The notes under the pieces are model-generated. The model did not search any database. It worked only from the letters and a program-made list of their open reading frames with translations, and had not been told where the DNA came from. Of a stretch of DNA of 64,000 bases, positions 57,172 through 64,000 are shown piece by piece. The stretch is from assembly GCA_963732385.1 (NCBI GenBank), contig CAVSZB010000003.1:96001-160000 (forward strand). The letters are read 5' to 3'. The stretch is from an uncultured bacterium (GTDB taxonomy: Bacteria; Krumholzibacteriota; Krumholzibacteriia; LZORAL124-64-63). The stretch's first letter is position 1, and each line of letters begins with the position of its first letter. The position numbers and the translations under genes are program-made.

Positions 57172-57188
57172 TGGTCTGGTTCTTGCAT
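57172..57188 (+). promoter_or_regulatory. Candidate sigma-54 (-24/-12) promoter of the cytochrome operon
   Basis: TGG-tctggttc-TTGCAT with exact GG-N10-GC spacing, about 75 bp before ATG 57263. Confidence 0.5.
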
Positions 57189-57262
57189 AATCCCCATCTT
57201 TTAAGTTGGGATTCCCGGCCGCAACGGTTTACGGGGGAGGTCGTCGCCTTGGGTGGACACAT

Positions 57263-57973
57263 ATGACATCCCGGCGCGACATCGGTTTTCGTCTCATGGT
57301 GGCTGTGCTGTACGTCACGGCGGCCGCGGTCGTAATGACCGCACTGATCGACGGCTACTCCTATTACATCACGCCGCTGGCAGAGCGCCCGCATATGGAG
57401 GACTACCGCCTGCTGCGTCCCGGCGGGATGCGCGGGCACGGCTACGGCGTGGTCGGCTCGGCGCTGGTCCTGCTGCTGCTGCTCTACTCGGTGCGCAAGC
57501 GCTCGCGATGGTTGCAGAAGTACGGCACGCCCGCGCAGTGGCTGCAGGTGCACATCTGCTTCGGCATCGTGGGGCCGCTGCTGATCATCCTCCACACCTC
57601 ATTCAAGGTGCGGGGGCTGGTGGCCGTGAGTTTCTGGTCGATGATGGCTGTGGCGTTGAGCGGGGTCTTCGGGCGGTGGCTCTACCTGCAGATCCCGCGC
57701 AACCTCGCCGGACACGAACTCTCGCGCCAGGAGATCGCGGCGCTGGAGAAGGAGCTGTCGGAGCGCGTGGCGCAGGAATCACGACCGCGCCAACTGGTCC
57801 GTCTGGCCAGGCGACGGGCAGTCCTGGAGCGCAAGGTGCGGCGACTCGAAACGATCCGCGGCATTTTCCACTGGTGGCATGTCGTTCACAAGCCGTTCGC
57901 GGTCATCATGCTGGTCATCATGCTCGTGCATGTCGCCGTCGCCGCGAGTCTCGGCTACACGTGGGTGTTCTGA
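57263..57973 (+). CDS. Cytochrome b / ferric-reductase-like membrane protein
   Basis: About 5 TMs with His pairs WLQVH...IILH and WHVVH...MLVH. Confidence 0.75.
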   Translation: MTSRRDIGFRLMVAVLYVTAAAVVMTALIDGYSYYITPLAERPHMEDYRLLRPGGMRGHGYGVVGSALVLLLLLYSVRKRSRWLQKYGTPAQWLQVHICFGIVGPLLIILHTSFKVRGLVAVSFWSMMAVALSGVFGRWLYLQIPRNLAGHELSRQEIAALEKELSERVAQESRPRQLVRLARRRAVLERKVRRLETIRGIFHWWHVVHKPFAVIMLVIMLVHVAVAASLGYTWVF

Positions 57974-59730
57974 TGCTGCATACGACACTTCGCCTGCGCG
58001 CTCTTTGGCCGCGCGCCGCGGCGCTTCTTTTGGCGCTGTCGGCCGCCGCGCCGGCGTCCGCGCAGCTGAGTCCCGGACCGCTGCACGGGTCGCACCAGAA
58101 ACTCGAAGGGGTGGAGAACTGCACGCGCTGTCACGAAGTGGGGCGCAAGCTCTCCGCGGACAGGTGCCTCGCCTGCCACACCGCCCTCGCGGCGCGGGTC
58201 CGCGCGAAGCAGGGATTGCACGCGCAGCCGGGCCACGAGACCTGCGAGAAGTGTCACGTGGAGCACCAGGGCCGCGACTATCAGCTCATCTGGTGGGGCA
58301 GGGCCGGCCAGGCCGAGTTCGACCACGCACAGACCGGCTGGAAGCTGGAGGGTAAGCACGCGGGCCCGGCCTGCGGGCGGTGTCACAAGCCGGAAGCCGT
58401 CGCCGGCCGGGCGGCGCTCGTGGCCGGCGCCGCCAATCCCCAGCGCACGTTCCTGGGCCTGCGCACCGACTGTGCCGCCTGCCACCGCGATCCGCACTCC
58501 GGCCAGCTCGGGGCGGACTGCCGCTCGTGCCACGGCCTGGAGAGCTGGCGCGGGGCCACCGGTTTCGATCATGCCCGGACGCACTTCCCGCTGACCGGTC
58601 GCCACCGGGATGTCGTCTGCGCGAAGTGCCACCCGGCATTGCCGGCGGAGGCTGACGCCGTCGAGCCGGCAGCTGTGGCCGGCGTACCGGCGGGCGCGGG
58701 GCGACGGCAGTGGCGAGGCGTGGCTTTCGCGGGCTGCGACGACTGCCACCAGGATCCGCACGCCGGACGTCTCGGCGGCGCCTGCGCCTCCTGCCACACG
58801 ACCGAGAGCTGGCGCGCCGTGAGCCAGGCGCGGTTCGATCACGAGCGCACGCGCTATCCGCTGCGTGGGAAGCACATCGCGGTGCCGTGCAAAGGCTGCC
58901 ATCGTCCCGACCGCCCTGCCCGCGGACTGAAGTTCGCGGCCTGCACCGACTGTCACGCCGACCGGCACGCCGGGCAGTTCACGAAGCTCGAGGGGGGGGG
59001 CGACTGCGCCCGCTGCCACTCCGTCGAGGGGTACGCTCCGTCCAGCTACACGGTCGACCGTCACGCCGGCACGACCTATCCGCTCGCGGGGGCGCACCTG
59101 GCCGTGCCGTGCGTCGGCTGCCACGCCCGTCCGCGGGCCGGCGCGCCGGTCTCGGACATCCCGTTCCACTTCGTTTCCACCCGTTGCCAGGTCTGTCATC
59201 GCGATCCTCATCGCGACGAAGCCAGGCCGTGGGTCGACAAGGGCGGCTGCGAGTCGTGCCATCGTCTCGACGCGTGGTCGGCAGCTACCTACGACCACGC
59301 CACGACCAAATTCCCGCTCGCGGACAAGCACGCCACGGCGCGCTGCTCCGCCTGCCACAAGCCGCTGGCGCCCGCTGCGCCGCCCGGGGCCATCCACCTG
59401 CGTGGCGTGGACCGCGCCTGCGAGTCGTGCCATCGCGACCCGCACGCCGGACAGTTTTGCGCCGCGACCGGGGGCGTCACCGCCTGCGAACGCTGCCACG
59501 AAACGGCGAATTGGCGCGCCGGGCGCTTCGATCACAACCGCGAGGCGGCCTTCAGGATCGACGGTGCGCACGCCCGCACCCGTTGCGCGCAGTGCCATCT
59601 CCGCGAGGGGGAGGGCGAGGCGGCCTTCACCCGCTACAAGCCGCTCGGACGGGAATGCGCGACGTGCCATCGGTCGAATCCGGTCCGGCCGGAGGCCGCC
59701 GTCGTCCCGTCGCAGGAAGGAACCCCATGA
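57973..59730 (+). CDS. Multiheme cytochrome c, 20 CxxCH
   Basis: Signal peptide; 20 CxxCH counted; FDH..T.FPL.G.H repeats. Confidence 0.93.
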   Translation: MLHTTLRLRALWPRAAALLLALSAAAPASAQLSPGPLHGSHQKLEGVENCTRCHEVGRKLSADRCLACHTALAARVRAKQGLHAQPGHETCEKCHVEHQGRDYQLIWWGRAGQAEFDHAQTGWKLEGKHAGPACGRCHKPEAVAGRAALVAGAANPQRTFLGLRTDCAACHRDPHSGQLGADCRSCHGLESWRGATGFDHARTHFPLTGRHRDVVCAKCHPALPAEADAVEPAAVAGVPAGAGRRQWRGVAFAGCDDCHQDPHAGRLGGACASCHTTESWRAVSQARFDHERTRYPLRGKHIAVPCKGCHRPDRPARGLKFAACTDCHADRHAGQFTKLEGGGDCARCHSVEGYAPSSYTVDRHAGTTYPLAGAHLAVPCVGCHARPRAGAPVSDIPFHFVSTRCQVCHRDPHRDEARPWVDKGGCESCHRLDAWSAATYDHATTKFPLADKHATARCSACHKPLAPAAPPGAIHLRGVDRACESCHRDPHAGQFCAATGGVTACERCHETANWRAGRFDHNREAAFRIDGAHARTRCAQCHLREGEGEAAFTRYKPLGRECATCHRSNPVRPEAAVVPSQEGTP

Positions 59731-61208
59731 GACTCGCGAAGTGGGCCGTGGCGAGCGCGGCCGTTCTGCTGGCGATCGTGGCTTCTCCGGCCGGCGCGCA
59801 GACGCCGGCAGACAGTCCGCACGGCCCGCTGGCGCTCGACTGCGCGATCTGCCACAACACCGCGGACTGGAGCGTGGCGCCGCGGCCGCCCGCCTTCGAT
59901 CACGGCCGCTCCGGCTTCCCGCTCGCGGGGCGACATGCGGCCGTGAAATGCGGCGACTGCCACCGCGATCTCACCTTCGGGCATGTCGGCAGCGCCTGCG
60001 CCGACTGCCATGTCGACGCCCATCGTGGCCAGCTCGGCCCGAACTGCGAGCGATGCCACGCGCCGACCGGCTGGGAGAGCCGTGGCGTGCTGTTCGAGCA
60101 GCACGCCGAGCGCGGTTTCCCACTCGTCGGCGTGCACGCGGCCGCCGACTGCGAGGCGTGCCATGTCGACCAGCAGCGGCAGGACTTCGTGGGCAACCCG
60201 GTCACCTGCTACGGCTGCCATGCGAACGACTATGCCGCCACGCGCGAGCCCAGCCATCTGCTGACCGGCTTCAGCACGGACTGCTCCCAGTGCCACGTGC
60301 CGACCGCCTCCTGGCGGCCGGTGTTCGTGCAGCACACCCCGGCCTTCCCGTTGCGCAATGCCCACGCCCGTACCGGCTGCCTCTCCTGCCATGCGAGCGG
60401 TTACGCCGGCACCTCGCCCCTCTGCTACTCATGCCACGCGGACGACTACAACGGCACGCAGGAGCCGCCGCATGTCGCCTCCGGCCTGGCGACCGCCTGC
60501 GAGCAGTGTCACACCGACGCCGGCTGGGGCGGCGGCACCTTCGATCACGCCGTGAGCACCGGCTTCGCGCTGACCGGCGCGCATGTGAGCCTCGCCTGCA
60601 CCGCCTGCCACGTGAACGGACTATGGGCCGGCACGCCGCAGGACTGTTACAGCTGCCACGCCGCCGACTACAACGGCACCACCGATCCGCCGCACGCCGC
60701 CTCCGGCATGCCGACAACGTGCCAGCAGTGCCACAGCACGACCACCTGGGGCGACGGCACCTTCGATCACGCCGTGAGCACCGGCTTCGCGCTGACCGGT
60801 GCGCACGCGACCACGACCTGCACGACGTGCCATGTCGATGGGCAGTGGAGCGGCCTGCCGCAGGACTGCGACGGCTGCCACGCCGCGACCTACAATGCCA
60901 CCACCGATCCCGCGCACACCGCGGCGAATTTTCCGCGCACCTGCCAGACCTGCCATACGACGCTTGCCTGGCAGCCGTCGACATGGAACCACGAGACGCT
61001 GTTTCCGATCAACTCCGGGGCGCACCGAACGGTGTGGGCCTCCTGCGCGACCTGCCACGTGAATCCGGCCGACTACGGCGTGTTCGAGTGCATCGACTGC
61101 CACGAGCACAACCGGACCGACACGGACGGCCACCACGACGGCGTCAGGAACTACGAGTATCTCAGCACCGCCTGCTACAGCTGCCACCCGAACGGGAGGG
61201 CCGATTGA
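59727..61208 (+). CDS. Multiheme cytochrome c, 19 CxxCH
   Basis: AGGAAGGA RBS, signal peptide; 19 CxxCH counted. Confidence 0.93.
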   Translation: MRLAKWAVASAAVLLAIVASPAGAQTPADSPHGPLALDCAICHNTADWSVAPRPPAFDHGRSGFPLAGRHAAVKCGDCHRDLTFGHVGSACADCHVDAHRGQLGPNCERCHAPTGWESRGVLFEQHAERGFPLVGVHAAADCEACHVDQQRQDFVGNPVTCYGCHANDYAATREPSHLLTGFSTDCSQCHVPTASWRPVFVQHTPAFPLRNAHARTGCLSCHASGYAGTSPLCYSCHADDYNGTQEPPHVASGLATACEQCHTDAGWGGGTFDHAVSTGFALTGAHVSLACTACHVNGLWAGTPQDCYSCHAADYNGTTDPPHAASGMPTTCQQCHSTTTWGDGTFDHAVSTGFALTGAHATTTCTTCHVDGQWSGLPQDCDGCHAATYNATTDPAHTAANFPRTCQTCHTTLAWQPSTWNHETLFPINSGAHRTVWASCATCHVNPADYGVFECIDCHEHNRTDTDGHHDGVRNYEYLSTACYSCHPNGRAD

Positions 61209-62824
61209 TGCACCGCGCGCAACCAGCTGTCGCCCGCCTCTGGCTGGCCGCCGTGACCATGGCGCTCCTGCTGCCCGCGTCGGCCGCCGCGCGCGAATTC
61301 AAGGTGCGCTATCTTTCGGCCGACTTCGTCTATCTCGACGCCGGCACGGTCGATGGCCTTGCTCCTGGCGACACGCTGCTCGTGTCGCGCCGGGGCGAGG
61401 GCGTGGCCACCCTGGCCGTGGCGCATGCCGCCGAGCATTCGGCGTCGTGCCGCGTGCTCGCCGCGAACACGGCCGTGCAGCCCGGCGATGCCGTGAGGCC
61501 CCTCCGCGACGGGACCGTCACCGTTGCCGCGGCGGTCGCGCCGCCGCCGGCTCCCGCCCCGATCGCCGAGCCGGCGCCGGTCGACGAGCCGTCCGATCCA
61601 CCCTGGGCCCGGGCGAGCGGCTATGTCGCGCTGCAGTGGTACCGGTTCGCGGACCGCGGCGCCTCGGGGCTGGACTACGACCAGCCGACGCTGCGCATCA
61701 ACTTCCGCGCCCGCAAACTGTGGGGGAAGGATCTCACGTTCCAGATGCGCTGCCGCGCCCGGCACGACGGGCGTTCGCGTCGCTACAACGCGACGGTCCC
61801 CGCCGATGAGTGGAGCAATCGCGTCTACGCGCTGTCGCTCGCCTTTGACAATCCGGACGCCACGGTCAACTGGCAGGCGGGGCGGATTGTCTCGAACGCG
61901 CTCGCCGCGACCGGCCCGGTGGACGGCGCGCTGGTGGAAGCCCGCCTCTCCCCGACGCTGCGCGCCGGCGCCTTTGGCGGGTTCCTGCCCGACTGGAGCA
62001 GCACGGCGCCGCGCGGCTCGCTCCGGAAGTACGGCCTGTTCCTGAACGCCGCCGGCGGGGAATACGGCGCGTCGCGGTGGTCGGCGGCGCTGGCCGGCAC
62101 CGCCGAATACCACGGCTCCACGGTGAGCCGTCAGTATCTCTTCCTGCGGAACGACTGGCAGTCCGGACGCCGCTGGAGCCTGTTCCAGAGCTGGGAGATC
62201 GATCTCAACCACGGTTGGCGCCGGCCGCCCGGCACCGCCGCGGTGGAACTGTCGAACGTATACCTCTCGGCCGGCTACCGTCCGGGTGGGCGGACCGCGC
62301 TGTCGGTCAGCTACGACAATCGCCGCAGCTACCGCACCTGGGACAATCGCGCCCTGCCCGACAGCCTGTTCGACGCCGCCTTCCGCACCGGCCTGCGCGC
62401 GAATCTCCACGCCCGCCTGGGCGCCGGCTGGACCGGCTCTGCGGGCGGCGGCTGGCGCCACCGGCAGGGCGAGGCGGACGACACCTGGTCGTGGCACGGC
62501 AGCCTGACCCGCGACGATTTCCTGGGCGAGCGCGTGCGCCTGACCGCGCAGGCCGCCGGCTTCTCGGGGCCGTGGGCCGACGGATTCAATCCTTCGCTGC
62601 AGCTGCAGAAGGCATTCCTGGCCGGTCACCTGATCGGCCTGTCGGGCGGCGAATACCTCTACACGCCGACCGCTGGCGGCGATCGTCGCCAGAACCGCTG
62701 GGCGAGGATCGACGGAACCCGCTACCTGACGACGCGGTTCTTCCTGTCCGGCCAGTACGAACGCGACTGGGGCGATGACGTGGAGGGGGACCGGTTCCTG
62801 GCCGAAGCCGGTCTCAACTTCTAG
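61208..62824 (+). CDS. Outer-membrane beta-barrel (porin-like) with small N-terminal beta domain
   Basis: Signal peptide, amphipathic aromatic strands, C-terminal beta-signal EAGLNF. Confidence 0.75.
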   Translation: MHRAQPAVARLWLAAVTMALLLPASAAAREFKVRYLSADFVYLDAGTVDGLAPGDTLLVSRRGEGVATLAVAHAAEHSASCRVLAANTAVQPGDAVRPLRDGTVTVAAAVAPPPAPAPIAEPAPVDEPSDPPWARASGYVALQWYRFADRGASGLDYDQPTLRINFRARKLWGKDLTFQMRCRARHDGRSRRYNATVPADEWSNRVYALSLAFDNPDATVNWQAGRIVSNALAATGPVDGALVEARLSPTLRAGAFGGFLPDWSSTAPRGSLRKYGLFLNAAGGEYGASRWSAALAGTAEYHGSTVSRQYLFLRNDWQSGRRWSLFQSWEIDLNHGWRRPPGTAAVELSNVYLSAGYRPGGRTALSVSYDNRRSYRTWDNRALPDSLFDAAFRTGLRANLHARLGAGWTGSAGGGWRHRQGEADDTWSWHGSLTRDDFLGERVRLTAQAAGFSGPWADGFNPSLQLQKAFLAGHLIGLSGGEYLYTPTAGGDRRQNRWARIDGTRYLTTRFFLSGQYERDWGDDVEGDRFLAEAGLNF

Positions 62825-62843
62825 CGGACGGCGGGAGGACGGC

Positions 62844-64000
62844 GTGGAGAACCTGCTGATCTGGGGCGTCGTTGCGGTCCTCTGCGCGGTCATTCTCATT
62901 CCGTACGCGGTCGGCTTCCGACGGCGCAACCGGACCGACACGGCGCGCCGCGAGGAGGCGGTTCAGCTTGGCGCCGACCGCCCGGTCGCCCAGTACCCGC
63001 TCATCGACGAGGGGCAGTGCATCGGCTGCGGCGCCTGCGTGGCGGCCTGTCCCGAGGGGGATGTGCTCGGCATCGTCGATGGACGGGCCGTCATCGTGAA
63101 CGGCATGCGCTGTATCGGACACGCGCGCTGCGCCGATGCCTGCCCGGTCGGCGCGCTCCAGGTCGGTCTCGGCGATGTCGGCGAGCGCGAGGACATTCCG
63201 CGGCTGACCGCGGACTGTGAGACCACCGTGCCCGGCGTGTATATCGCCGGCGAGCTGAGCGGTTTCGCCCTCATCCGCAACGCCATCAGCCAGGGGGAGC
63301 GGGTCGTGATGACGGTGGCGCGGCGGCTGCGGGCGGCCGGTCCCGCCGCCGTCGAGCCCCCCGCCCCGGGAGGCGTCGCCGACGGTGCGCGTCTGCGCGA
63401 TCTTATCATCGTGGGGGCCGGACCGGCCGGGATGAGCGCCGCCCTGACGGCGCGACGCGAGGGGCTGTCGTACCTCGTTCTGGAGCAGGAGCAGGCCGGC
63501 GGCACGATTCTGCAGTATCCGCGCAAGAAAGTGGTCCTCACCCAGCCGGTAGAGATCCCGCTCTACGGCCGTCTCGACCGCGAGGAGTACACCAAGGAGG
63601 AGCTGCTCGGCATCTGGCAGGAGGCACGCGAGCAGTTCGAACTGCACGTGCGCACCGGCGAGAAGCTCGAGATGATCACGCACCGCCCCGACGGTCTGCT
63701 GGCCGTCCGCACCCAGACCGGCGAATGGCTCGCGCGCGCCGTCATCCTGGCGCTCGGACGCCGCGGTACGCCGCGCCGGCTCGGCGCGCCCGGGGAGGAG
63801 CTGGAAAAGGTCGCCTACAAGCTGCTCGATGCCGAATCGTACCACGGTGAGAATCTGCTCGTGATCGGTGGCGGCGACAGCGCCGTGGAGGCCGCGCTCG
63901 GGCTGGCGCGCCAGCCGGGCAACACCGTCACCCTGGCGTACCGCAAGGAGAAGCTGTTCCGCATCAAGAAGCGCAACGCGGAGCGCTTTGCCGCCGCGCT
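62844..64000 (+). CDS. Membrane-anchored 2x[4Fe-4S] FAD/NAD(P)H oxidoreductase (thioredoxin-reductase-like), truncated by the window end
   Basis: Own translation from GTG 62844 (GGGAGG RBS): TM, CIGCGACVAACP, CIGHARCADACP, GAGPAG, GGGDSA. Confidence 0.9.
   Translation, partial: MENLLIWGVVAVLCAVILIPYAVGFRRRNRTDTARREEAVQLGADRPVAQYPLIDEGQCIGCGACVAACPEGDVLGIVDGRAVIVNGMRCIGHARCADACPVGALQVGLGDVGEREDIPRLTADCETTVPGVYIAGELSGFALIRNAISQGERVVMTVARRLRAAGPAAVEPPAPGGVADGARLRDLIIVGAGPAGMSAALTARREGLSYLVLEQEQAGGTILQYPRKKVVLTQPVEIPLYGRLDREEYTKEELLGIWQEAREQFELHVRTGEKLEMITHRPDGLLAVRTQTGEWLARAVILALGRRGTPRRLGAPGEELEKVAYKLLDAESYHGENLLVIGGGDSAVEAALGLARQPGNTVTLAYRKEKLFRIKKRNAERFAAA

Noticed and set aside
57205..57240. 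CCGGCCGCAACGGT resembling part of a cobalamin riboswitch
   Set aside because: The other conserved B12-element segments were not found
59402..61207. N-terminal 600 aa of the 1140-aa ORF as part of the barrel protein
   Set aside because: Off-frame overlap with the cytochrome genes; the real start with signal peptide is ATG 61208

Overview
High-GC bacterial chromosomal window of about 50 genes. The PNPFNP/FlgD-Ig C-terminal sorting-domain proteins suggest an FCB-group lineage such as Latescibacterota or Krumholzibacteriota (inference). Housekeeping and transport genes include metH, pepF, sat, folB/folK/folM-like, a beta-carbonic anhydrase, a GapN-like ALDH, a TetR-TolC-MFP-RND operon, an S9 peptidase, and CDF and DMT transporters. 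Four accessory features stand out. (1) A tightly packed operon at 57.3-64 kb encodes a cytochrome b-like membrane protein, 20-heme and 19-heme cytochromes c, an outer-membrane beta-barrel and a membrane-anchored 2x[4Fe-4S] flavoprotein, which together look like a cytoplasm-to-surface electron conduit. (2) Two independent gene pairs (31.2-32.9 kb and 50.5-52.8 kb) each place a small sorting-domain protein upstream of a cargo protein. The two cargoes share an apparently incomplete N-terminal Ig domain, suggesting a split-Ig, donor-strand surface display system. (3) An integrase-less, decaying integron cassette array lies at 6.9-11.8 kb. (4) A MITE-like element with 25-bp inverted repeats has dispersed half-copies, two of which bracket an RtcR/CARF-like sigma-54 activator. 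No rRNA, tRNA, CRISPR array, transposase, integrase or reverse transcriptase was recognised. All calls come from motif reading by eye; no database searches were run.
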